DNA of 63,658 nucleotides from a virus (Duplodnaviria; Heunggongvirae; Uroviricota; Caudoviricetes): IMG/VR virus record IMGVR_UViG_3300031088_000776; one strand, 5' to 3'. Shown piece by piece: positions 27,412 to 36,552 of this stretch (position 1 is its first letter; each line of letters starts with the position of its first letter). The notes under the pieces were generated by a model. It saw only the letters and a program-made list of their open reading frames with translations, ran no database searches and was not told where the DNA came from. The position numbers and the translations under genes were made by a program.

Positions 27412-29043
27412 TCAGGATTCGTTTGGCCCCGAGTTTGGATCAGTTGTGGTAGGCAATCCAGACTCGGGAAGATTCTTTTTACTCTTGATATGACTTTTAA
27501 GGATGTCTTCATCAATTTTGCACGGAGTGAATTCCTTAATATAAAAGTCATTAACTGGTACGAAAGAGCATTTGTTGTAATAGTAGTCTCCAGTCTTATC
27601 TTTAAAATGAGAAACTTGATTTGACCAAACGAATAATCTTTGCGAATCTGAATGATCCCTTACAGATTCAGTCGTTTTAGGGTCAATAATAATAAGATTA
27701 AAGTTATTCTTTTCGTCTTTTGAGATTGACAGAAGAGTATTTAATATAGCATTCTCTTCCTTTGAAAAATCTTTTCCCTTATGTAATATTAATACTTTAT
27801 TGATTTCGTTTTCTGACAGAGTGTCAATCACATAGTCTTTTAAGCTATCTTTCGATTCTAAATGAGATACTGTAAGCTCTGAATCAGCTGTAAAAAGTTT
27901 AACTCCTTTATAGACTGTCACTTCAATATTAGACTTGATTAAACCAGCAATAATAAGCATTTCAAGAGATTTTGTAGAAATATTGTCATCGCCAAAAACT
28001 CTTAATGTCTTTTTTAAATCAATCTCAACAGGCTGATCATTTGAGTCAAATCCTGCTGTCAATACATAATTTTTTGTAAAGTCTTCCCAATTCCAAGAAT
28101 GAAGTTTGTTAATCCCGAAACTAGTCGTGTAGCCTTCAAGCTCTTCTTCACTGAGGATCTGATCTTCAATATATTGTTCATGCATTCTATCTTTAGGTTT
28201 ATTGAATAACTCTAGAATCTTAAAGTCTTCAAAAAGATAACTAGAGAAGTAAGTTTTTCTTCCGTTAACATTCAAAGAAGACTTAAAACTACTTCTGCTA
28301 TCTCCTCTGACTATCTCTACTTCTGAGTCAAAAACTTCGGGCTTAGGTGGTAAATGAGATGGCTGAACAATTAAAAAATGGTAGTTATGACCAAAAACTT
28401 TTTTAAAAGAATTGATTTGTTCTTTAATAGAATTAGTATCATAGCTGATAAAACCACGTCTAGCGGTATCAATAACAATAAATTTCTTGCTTTTTGAATC
28501 ACGTCTAGCGGGTTCAAAAGTTTCTATAAACTCTTCAAACGTCTTAGGGTACATCATATTAACTATGCCGCTAAAACCTATATAGTCTTTTTTGTTATCT
28601 GAGACTACTGTTACATCCCATCCCTTAAAGACAGCTCCAGCAATTACGGAAAATGAAAAGTTTGTCTTGCCCGAGTTTGTTTTTCCGTAACAAATAGTGT
28701 CTTTAGTGAGATTATACTGAATATTTTCCCCGCTAGAGCTCATTCCGATAGGTATGTAATAGTCTAGACTTTCTAGATCAGGGTATTTGGGGGATTCTTT
28801 TAGAATTTTATACGGTGAGTCAAGATCTTTAGCGGGGATCGTAGGATTGAGATCGAACCCGTGATCTTGCATGACTTCTAAAAGTGTACTGTGAGAAGGT
28901 GAACCGTTAATAACGTTCATCTTAAATGGAAGGCCTTCAAAGTCTTCGTCTGTAGTGTAAATGCTAAACGAGTCTGTTTTAGCATCATATCTAGCTCCTG
29001 CTTCAAACTTCAAGAGCTTCTTATTCTTAGATAGCTTCGCCAT
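27412..29043 (-). CDS. FtsK/HerA-like P-loop protein with duplicated (second inactive) domain
   Basis: IPIGMSSSGENIQYNL..ICYGKTNSGKT; the second unit LTAGFDSNDQPVEIDL..RVFGDDNISTKS lacks Walker A. Confidence 0.6.
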   Translation of the reverse strand: MAKLSKNKKLLKFEAGARYDAKTDSFSIYTTDEDFEGLPFKMNVINGSPSHSTLLEVMQDHGFDLNPTIPAKDLDSPYKILKESPKYPDLESLDYYIPIGMSSSGENIQYNLTKDTICYGKTNSGKTNFSFSVIAGAVFKGWDVTVVSDNKKDYIGFSGIVNMMYPKTFEEFIETFEPARRDSKSKKFIVIDTARRGFISYDTNSIKEQINSFKKVFGHNYHFLIVQPSHLPPKPEVFDSEVEIVRGDSRSSFKSSLNVNGRKTYFSSYLFEDFKILELFNKPKDRMHEQYIEDQILSEEELEGYTTSFGINKLHSWNWEDFTKNYVLTAGFDSNDQPVEIDLKKTLRVFGDDNISTKSLEMLIIAGLIKSNIEVTVYKGVKLFTADSELTVSHLESKDSLKDYVIDTLSENEINKVLILHKGKDFSKEENAILNTLLSISKDEKNNFNLIIIDPKTTESVRDHSDSQRLFVWSNQVSHFKDKTGDYYYNKCSFVPVNDFYIKEFTPCKIDEDILKSHIKSKKNLPESGLPTTTDPNSGPNES

Positions 29044-29211
29044 GAAACTACTCCTTTTTATTTTTTAACCTGTATGGCTGTGGTTATCCTCGTCAGTACG
29101 AGCGTTTAAAACTTGATTAAACAAGTAAGACTATATCTTCAGATCAGTGGTAGTATTTTCTTAAAATAAGCCTTTAGTTTTATATCAACTAGTTGAAAAA
29201 TACTAAAGTTT

Positions 29212-29409
29212 CTAACTATCAATCTCTTTGCGTTCAAAAGAATTCTCTACTTTAGAGATATCTCCACGCGAAGAAAGATGATTAGTAAGTCTTCTAATAT
29301 TAGAATCAGGATTCAGCGCTGCTTCAAGAAAATTTTTAGCCAAATCTACTTCTTTCGCAGAAAGATTAAAATGCTCGCTCAAATTTATAGAATTAATTGA
29401 AATCACCAA
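29212..29409 (-). CDS. Small hypothetical protein
   Basis: 65 aa ORF only. Confidence 0.4.
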   Translation of the reverse strand: MVISINSINLSEHFNLSAKEVDLAKNFLEAALNPDSNIRRLTNHLSSRGDISKVENSFERKEIDS

Positions 29410-29480
29410 CAGACTTACTAATAGTTATATTAAATAGTTTTCTAAAGAAAATATCACTCTATTAACAAAAAGTAGACAAA

Positions 29481-29912
29481 CTAAGGATTTAACTTAAAGA
29501 GGATACTAGATCTATCAAAAGGTCTTTTAAGCGTATCACTAATAGCTGAAATAATAAGATCAGGGCTGTTTTCAAAGTCTTTAGCCCACACAAAAAGAAT
29601 CTTCACCCCAATCCCTGCAAAGGCAGCATATTTACGAAAAAGTAGCTGCTCTACAGTTAATCGAGATATCTTACTTTCTTCAATTAATTCTTCTTCATAA
29701 ATGAAATCAAAACCAAGGGATAAAGGATCAACGAAAAAGTCAATCGTAAAACCATTCTCTTCAAAAAATAAGTCTTCAACAATATTTTCTCTTGAATCAC
29801 CAAGATCAGATCTAGTCTTATTGAAAATTTCGTTAAGACTCTTAGCGAAGTCTTTTCTAAGATTATCCATTAGTAAATCAATCCTCCAAAGATCAAACAA
29901 TTGCATTGCCAT
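29481..29912 (-). CDS. Degenerate stand-alone copy of the Hef-like nuclease domain
   Basis: FTIDFFVDPLSLGFDF...GIGVKILFVWAKDF parallels ELDIYIPSLNIAFEFNG...GVKLLYVWESDW but lacks EFNGxYWH. Confidence 0.55.
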   Translation of the reverse strand: MAMQLFDLWRIDLLMDNLRKDFAKSLNEIFNKTRSDLGDSRENIVEDLFFEENGFTIDFFVDPLSLGFDFIYEEELIEESKISRLTVEQLLFRKYAAFAGIGVKILFVWAKDFENSPDLIISAISDTLKRPFDRSSILFKLNP

Positions 29913-30047
29913 CAGAATTAAAAGATTTTAAATCCTTTTAGATAACAAGGTGATTTCCATCCTACCAAAAATATGATACTTTTATTGAAACATATATCAT
30001 TAAAAACTTTAATCAATTTAATCAAAATGTACTAGGAGAGCGAATTA

Positions 30048-31551
30048 ATGCAAATAAAGAACTTTAGAAAGAGTATCTCCGTTCTTTCTATATCTGCTGC
30101 ACTTTTACTAACACCAATGGTTACTACTGCCGGTGTTTCTTATAATGCTAGTCAAGGGGTAGAAGTAGCCACAGAGGCAAAGACGTTAGATTTAATTAAC
30201 GTTTACTACAGTTATCCTTTTGACGGATATAAAGATAGCACACAGTATGTTAAAGACGTTAAGAGTAATAGAATTATTAAGCTTTATGATAATGGGGCCG
30301 CTAAAAACATAAAGCCCCAGGTTCAAATCTACAATACTTCTAAAAAAGTTTGGGAAACAAAAGCTACAGCAAAATACACTAAAACAGTAGGGGTTATAGC
30401 TCAATACTCCTACAATTCAGGATTCTTAAGCACTCCAAAGAGCTATCAATTACGAATCTATATTCCAAAAACTTCAAAAACATATAGCTTCACATCTAAA
30501 ATTAGTAATGTGAAGGTTATCAAAGAGAGTCATTATAAACTCTCACTGAACTCCCCAGAAAAACCAATTTCATATAGCGGTTATGCACAATACACCTTTT
30601 CATTAGATAAGGCTATCAAGACAATTCAGGTTCAAACATATAACAGTAAAACGAAAAAATGGTCAACTCAATCTACCTTAAAAGGGGCTAACAGTAGATT
30701 TAATTGGAGAATCAGTCACCCCCAAGACCGCTAAGACAGTGAAATACCGACTATATGTACCAGCCACTACAACGCATAATTCATTGACATCTAATATTAT
30801 TACGGCTAAGTTTGCTAAAGGTGAAACAGCTCTCGCTAAGAACACTAAAATCGATGTTGACAAGTTATCGAACCGAACTACTGATAAATTAAGAGTTACA
30901 ATCGGAAACTCGCCGAAGCAAAAAGTAAGCGTCCAAGAATATAATTATAAAACTAAAAAATGGGTCAATAAAAGCTCTGTAACATCTTCAAACACTACAA
31001 AAACCCAGACTGTTTTATTACCATACCCGAAACTTTCAGCCGGAAATCACAAGTTACGAATTAGCATTGCTGGGAATGCAAACTTTGACGGCAAATCAAG
31101 CGGATCAAAGACTGTAAAATACATTAACCCTAACTCTTACAAAGGGACTTCTAAAACTGTTTACAACTATGTAAAGAAATACTGCCCAGGAGTTACGATT
31201 GATGTAAAGACTTTAAAGAAAGGTATTGCAGGCACAGCCGCTTTCCCTAAGAATCATATTAATATTTCTAAAAAAATCAGCGGAAAGCAATTAAAAGACA
31301 CATCTCTTCACGAGTGCGGTCACATTCTTCAGTTAAACGCTTTTAATGAAGACACTACAACTTTAACGAAGAGAGCTAATGCAGTTTATAAAAGCAAAAA
31401 ATATTCAGGAATAGAATTGCAAGCTGACTGCATTGTGCAAGTAATGACTGGAAAAGAACTTCTCAAATACCACAGCTACAAAGGATATAAGAAATGCACT
31501 TCGCGAGAACTTGCAGCAGCTAAGAAAATTGTACAAGGGAAGAGATTCTAG
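30048..31551 (+). pseudogene. Secreted repeat protein with C-terminal HExxH peptidase, split by +1 frameshift in a C5 run (30719-30723)
   Basis: ORFs 30048..30734 and 30739..31551 together align with 31708..33237; removing one C gives ...SHPKTAKTVKYRLY...; LHECGH and ELQADC motifs present. Confidence 0.8.
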
Positions 31552-31579
31552 AAATTAACAAACCATTAAAATAGACTAC

Positions 31580-31618
31580 ATTTGGGTGCAATTTAGAGTC
31601 AATAAATTGCACCCAAAT
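31580..31618 (+). terminator. Terminator hairpin
   Basis: ATTTGGGTGCAATTTA...TAAATTGCACCCAAAT. Confidence 0.75.
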
Positions 31619-31707
31619 ACTTAATTTGCAAAAACAAAATATTGTTATATAGTTATTTTTACTAATTAATAAATATTACAAAATCATTCAGACTATCAGG
31701 GACTATA

Positions 31708-33237
31708 ATGAAGAAAACTAAGATCTTCTGCTTACTTACTAGTGTGACTATAGTAGCCTCAACTCTCACCGGCGCTCCAGCAATAGCACAGAACAAGACT
31801 AATGTAGAAACTTCTATATCTGCAGTAGCAGCAAACAATACACTCTCAAAAGTAAAACTATCAAATACCTACTTTTACAGCAATAAGAAGACTGCTGATA
31901 TCTTTATGAGGAATACAGGTAATACTCAATATATCTATATTCCATATTCAAGTGGTGCTTCAAAGTCACTTCGCCCACAAATCCAAAAATACAATTCTAA
32001 AACTAAAAAGTGGGAGTTAGTAACTACAGCCAGAACTGCAGATAATGGCAATAAGACAAACTTGCGATTCTCTTATACCCTATCTTCAATTAAAGATGTA
32101 GGTAAAAAGGATATGAGGGTGCACATCCCAAAAACTTCTAAAACTGCAGCATTCACAAGCGCTACGTCAACAATCAACTTCAAAAAAGAATCATACGCAG
32201 TAGGTTCCTTTACGAAGTCGAATACCTCAAAAATCAACTTCAAGTCTAGTCTTGAGTATACAGTCAACGCCCCAAAGACTGTAAGTACTCTAAATCTTCA
32301 GAAGTATAATCCCAAGAGCAAAAAGTGGGTTAATGACAAACGCGCAACTTTTAAAAAGAATTCTGGTAATTACCGACAGTATAAATTCAAGATTTACCAT
32401 GATGGAATCGCTGGTAAGGCCCAATATAGACTGCAGGCTGATGCAAATAAAACCCACAACCAATACCTTTCAAAAGTTCATACAGTAACTTTTAATAAGG
32501 GTCAATCAAAAATCAATGACTCTCAGCCTATTGACAACAATCATCTTTCTACTAAAACTAGGGATAAGGCTGGATTCTATGTGACTAACGCTCCTAATAC
32601 CACAGTTTACATGCAGTATTACAATAGCAAGTCAAAAAAGTGGGTCAACGCAACTTCAGTAAAAACTAAGAACACGACCTCACGACAAAAGGTTCTCCTC
32701 CCATATCCTAAGTTTAATTCTGGCTCATACAAGCTCCGAGTACAAGTTCAGTCTTCTAAAAACTTCAATGCTTCTACAAGCTCTTCTCGAACAGTAAATT
32801 ACATTAATCCAAACAAATACACTGGAGTAAAGAAGAACGCGTACAATTACATGAAAAGATGGTGCCCAGGGGTTACAGTCGAAACAACAAAGTTTAGCGG
32901 TAGCATTATTGGTACGGCTTACCTTCCAGAACATCGTATTGCAGTTCACCCTAACTTGAAAGGCAATAATCTAAAGTATACTGCAATCCACGAATGTGCT
33001 CACGTTCTCCAACTTCAAGCCTTCAACGAAGATACTCAAAATCTTCGCGAAAGAGCTAAAAAGGTTTACGGAAAGGGTAACTCTCGCGGATCCGGAATGG
33101 AGATTCAAGCTGACTGCATTGCTCAATACCTAGGCGGTTCATCAGTGGTGAAGTATAGCTTCTACACTTACGGTAAGAAATGCTCATCCTCTCAGATTAA
33201 TGCCGCAAAGAAAGTAGCACAAGGTAAGAAGTTCTAA
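31708..33237 (+). CDS. Secreted Lys-rich repeat protein with C-terminal zincin peptidase
   Basis: Signal peptide; three units bearing Q(K/Y)YNxKxKKW; IHECAH and EIQADC motifs. Confidence 0.8.
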   Translation: MKKTKIFCLLTSVTIVASTLTGAPAIAQNKTNVETSISAVAANNTLSKVKLSNTYFYSNKKTADIFMRNTGNTQYIYIPYSSGASKSLRPQIQKYNSKTKKWELVTTARTADNGNKTNLRFSYTLSSIKDVGKKDMRVHIPKTSKTAAFTSATSTINFKKESYAVGSFTKSNTSKINFKSSLEYTVNAPKTVSTLNLQKYNPKSKKWVNDKRATFKKNSGNYRQYKFKIYHDGIAGKAQYRLQADANKTHNQYLSKVHTVTFNKGQSKINDSQPIDNNHLSTKTRDKAGFYVTNAPNTTVYMQYYNSKSKKWVNATSVKTKNTTSRQKVLLPYPKFNSGSYKLRVQVQSSKNFNASTSSSRTVNYINPNKYTGVKKNAYNYMKRWCPGVTVETTKFSGSIIGTAYLPEHRIAVHPNLKGNNLKYTAIHECAHVLQLQAFNEDTQNLRERAKKVYGKGNSRGSGMEIQADCIAQYLGGSSVVKYSFYTYGKKCSSSQINAAKKVAQGKKF

Positions 33238-33243
33238 AATATT

Positions 33244-33284
33244 TTCTGTGAGTGAAATTTGAGATGTCAATTTCACTCGCAGAA
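33244..33284 (+). terminator. Terminator hairpin
   Basis: TTCTGTGAGTGAAATT...AATTTCACTCGCAGAA. Confidence 0.7.
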
Positions 33285-33441
33285 GAGCGTTCGATGGTTT
33301 AAGATTAAAGTGAAGAGCAAAAACCAGGGTCAGTTACATATAGAATTGTAGTAAAAGAAAGCAAATATGTTAAAAAGTCTGTCTCAAAGAGCTTCAGCGT
33401 AAATTACTGTAAATAACAGTAAAAAATATTATTTTAGAAAC

Positions 33442-33599
33442 GTAGCGAAAACTGCGCTACTAAGACCACCTAGTTAGACCCGAGGCTATCACGGCAAACT
33501 AGGTGGTCTTTTGCTGTTTCTATACAGTTTAACAGCAAAATGCAGTCTACTGTATGACTATACCCTAGACAGTAAAATCGACTCTATAGACCGCATAGG
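33442..33599 (-). repeat. Dispersed hairpin repeat, copy 3 (reverse orientation)
   Basis: The reverse complement reproduces the copy 1 left flank (CGGTCTATAGAGTC) and a copy 2-like loop; arms at 33462-33475 and 33497-33510. Confidence 0.9.
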
Positions 33600-33622
33600 C
33601 TCAACCTTTAAAGTATAAAATA

Positions 33623-34396
33623 TTAATCCAAAAACAAGGCTTTATGGTCTGAAATAAGATCAAAACAAATCTTAGCTAATGCTGCTCTTTCTATATCCCC
33701 AAGATCATTTTTAATCGAACCATTTTTAACCTTCATAATTTTCTCAAATTCTTCTTGAGAAACTTCTTTCTCTTCGAAGGATGTAAAATCGGGATATGTA
33801 TATCTAAAATCGCTAATACGCTTATCGCCTTCAATGTCAAAATAAAGACCGTCAGAGAGCTTAACTACAGCGTGACCCTCCCAATAACTATCTGTAGAAT
33901 ATTTAGTACTAAATAGTACGATAGGTTTACCAGTAACTCTGCTCACTTCGTTAGCTATAAAAGCACAGGCTCCCTTTAAAAAAGTTTTTCGAGTTTCATA
34001 GTCTTCATAATTTAAAGTTATTTCTTGATTTCCATTGTAATAGACATAGAATGAGGTGCTATCGCCATACTTTTCTAGAAGAGCTTCAGTTTCTTTAAGG
34101 GAGTATCCTCTACGTAAGGTCTTTTTAACTAAAGATTTAATCTTAACATCTGAAACAACACCTAAGGTCTTTGCTAAATAGACTGAATCAAGTTTCTCTT
34201 CAATAGACAATTCAGACTTAGCTTTTTTAAAAGATTTAAGAGGTTTTAATTCATTAGACAGTTGTGACTCATTAAAGGAAAGTGCTTCATCTTTAGAGTT
34301 AAAGTGGCTATCGTCGCCACCTAAAGGGCAATTACCAGGCTTAGCCCTGCAAATATTCACACGGCCTGTTTTATCGTTAATATGGTAAGTATTCAT
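33623..34396 (-). CDS. His/Cys-leader protein with papain/transglutaminase-like C-terminal domain
   Basis: N-terminus YHINDKTGRVNICRAKPGNCPLGGDDSHF; C-terminus FLKGACAFIA...GHAVV...YFDIEG (putative Cys-His-Asp triad). Confidence 0.65.
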   Translation of the reverse strand: MNTYHINDKTGRVNICRAKPGNCPLGGDDSHFNSKDEALSFNESQLSNELKPLKSFKKAKSELSIEEKLDSVYLAKTLGVVSDVKIKSLVKKTLRRGYSLKETEALLEKYGDSTSFYVYYNGNQEITLNYEDYETRKTFLKGACAFIANEVSRVTGKPIVLFSTKYSTDSYWEGHAVVKLSDGLYFDIEGDKRISDFRYTYPDFTSFEEKEVSQEEFEKIMKVKNGSIKNDLGDIERAALAKICFDLISDHKALFLD

Positions 34397-34422
34397 TTGT
34401 TAAAAGACCTCTATATATTTTG

Positions 34423-35163
34423 CTAATCAGGTAAACCCTTAATATATTCTTTAAGGGCCTTACTGTTCTCATTATGATGCTTATTAAGTTTTCTAATCTC
34501 CCTTTCGGTTAAGTCACCAATATTTAAATCATTAGCGAAGTCAAAGGAGCTATCAATCTTCTTTAAAGAATTATTCATATGATACTCGTTTAAAGGCGCA
34601 TAACCATAAAGCTTCTGGAAGTCTTCAATCTTTTCTTTATCAGAGTCAGGGATGTCTAAATCATCAATTTTAAGGTCACCCTTTCCATTGTTAGCCTGAG
34701 TTAAGGCAGGGAGCATATTACCGGCTGAACCTACTCCACCATGGATACTGGAAACAACATGGTCAGCCTGAATAGAAACATCATCAACTTTAGTTCCATC
34801 ATCATTATAGAGTTTAACTCCAGAAATATAACAATGACCATCAAATAAAGCAGTGCCTACCCTAAAGCTCTCTCTAAGTGACTCATCAGACGAGTACTTC
34901 TTATCTAACTGTGCTCTACGAAAAGAATTACGAGCATCAGACATAGCTTCTTTCTGATAGCCACGCTTAGGAGGCTTAACTTTAGAAAACTTCTTATAAT
35001 TCTCCCAAAGATTATACTTATCAGCAATATCCTTATTCTTATAGAATACCTCAGGGTACTTAACATTCGAACTATTAACCACCTCAGTAAAATTATCTTG
35101 AGGCTTCACTTTTCCAAATAAAAAATCATACTCATTAATAGAATTACTAGTCATTTTTATCAA
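34423..35163 (-). CDS. HNH-like endonuclease
   Basis: GHCYISG...QADHVVSSIHGG...GNMLPALTQANNGKG. Confidence 0.7.
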   Translation of the reverse strand: MIKMTSNSINEYDFLFGKVKPQDNFTEVVNSSNVKYPEVFYKNKDIADKYNLWENYKKFSKVKPPKRGYQKEAMSDARNSFRRAQLDKKYSSDESLRESFRVGTALFDGHCYISGVKLYNDDGTKVDDVSIQADHVVSSIHGGVGSAGNMLPALTQANNGKGDLKIDDLDIPDSDKEKIEDFQKLYGYAPLNEYHMNNSLKKIDSSFDFANDLNIGDLTEREIRKLNKHHNENSKALKEYIKGLPD

Positions 35164-35270
35164 CTTTCATAAAGAATAAATACTTACCTACTATTCTTTT
35201 ACCAAAAATATTAGAAAAATGACGCTATAGCGTAAGTTTTTAAAAATTAATCAGTTTCTATAACAAGAAC

Positions 35271-36503
35271 TCAAACTAAAGAAAGCTTCTCAAGCATACT
35301 TGATTCAGTAGCACCATTCAAAACCGAAAGAATCTCTGCCTCAACAGAAACTCGGTCATTCACCCAATCAGACTCCCAAACGAAGTAAAGTCTAATACCT
35401 AAATCCGCGCACTTATCAAACTTCATTTTATGGTACTCTTCAGAAGTCATACCATGATTATGAGTAAGAAACTTATCAGAATGCCAATAATCACCATTAA
35501 ACTCAAAGGCAATGCTTAACGAGGGGATAACAGCATCTAACTCATAGGGTTTAATAATACTTCTAGAATTTTCAACAATATCTTCACTAGTTATGCTCTT
35601 CAAGAACTCAATGAACTCTAACTCAACTCGAGAAACTCCGCGCAAACGATCCTCACTTAATAAAGGATCCATATGGCGAGTAAGCCAGCGCTGAGTAAAA
35701 GGCTCTTCATCTTCAGACAATTTCTCATTCATAGACTTCAACAAAGTCTCACGAGTCAAAGACTTATTCACATCATAGTGGTTCGCTAATTCTTGAAGAC
35801 TCTCAAACCCAGCCTTCTTTAACTTCAAAAGATTAGCCTCTAACTCGGCTCGAGACTTAGCGCCACGACGTTCTATCAACTGCTCTCTAGTTTTCTTAAT
35901 CTCAAGCTTCTTTAAAACTGTAGTTAATGCTTTATCACCTAGACTACGACCAATCGCATCTGAAAGAATTTCTTTAACCCTATTAAAAGAAAGATTCTGA
36001 GTACAGTAAAGATCTTCAATAACATCTTTAGTATAACCAGCCGACTCTAAATGCTCTATAGTTTCTACAGCAGGAATATCTCGCTTAACTTCAATACCAG
36101 CTTCTTTGAGAATCTTAGAGATTGTAACTGCTGCTACCCCAGTTTTCTCTCTTATTAATCGAATGCTTAAACCGGATTTTGACATTTCTATAAGATCACT
36201 CTTTGTATATTTTCCAGCGTATAATCTTTCCTTCTTCTGGTGACTATCACTGATTATTTTAGCTCTGTCTCGCAAAGCTTGATCTCGCTCGTTGTTAGGT
36301 ATCTCATAATATTCAAAAACTTTGATAAAACTTCTATATGTGATAACGGTATCCTCTCTAAGCTCATTAATTTTAGATGTAATATCCTTTTTAGAAAGAC
36401 CTGAGAGATATAAGGACTCAATCTCGCTTCTAGAAAAACCGTTTTCAGCCATAAACTTAATTGTCTTCTTAAGATGCCGACCAATATAAACTTCATCTGA
36501 CAT
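35271..36503 (-). CDS. HTH-repeat + Hef-like PD-(D/E)XK endonuclease
   Basis: HTH-like GLSIRLIREKTGVAAVTISKIL; C-terminus YELDAVIPSLSIAFEFNGDYWHS...RLYFVWESDW. Confidence 0.75.
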   Translation of the reverse strand: MSDEVYIGRHLKKTIKFMAENGFSRSEIESLYLSGLSKKDITSKINELREDTVITYRSFIKVFEYYEIPNNERDQALRDRAKIISDSHQKKERLYAGKYTKSDLIEMSKSGLSIRLIREKTGVAAVTISKILKEAGIEVKRDIPAVETIEHLESAGYTKDVIEDLYCTQNLSFNRVKEILSDAIGRSLGDKALTTVLKKLEIKKTREQLIERRGAKSRAELEANLLKLKKAGFESLQELANHYDVNKSLTRETLLKSMNEKLSEDEEPFTQRWLTRHMDPLLSEDRLRGVSRVELEFIEFLKSITSEDIVENSRSIIKPYELDAVIPSLSIAFEFNGDYWHSDKFLTHNHGMTSEEYHKMKFDKCADLGIRLYFVWESDWVNDRVSVEAEILSVLNGATESSMLEKLSLV

Positions 36504-36552
36504 AAAAATCTTCTTCCATATCTTTTAAAATATATATTGGTATTTTACCGAG

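Noticed and set aside
27412-29043. As the missing C-half of the split FtsK
   Set aside because: It has its own Walker A and no N-terminal intein F/G blocks.
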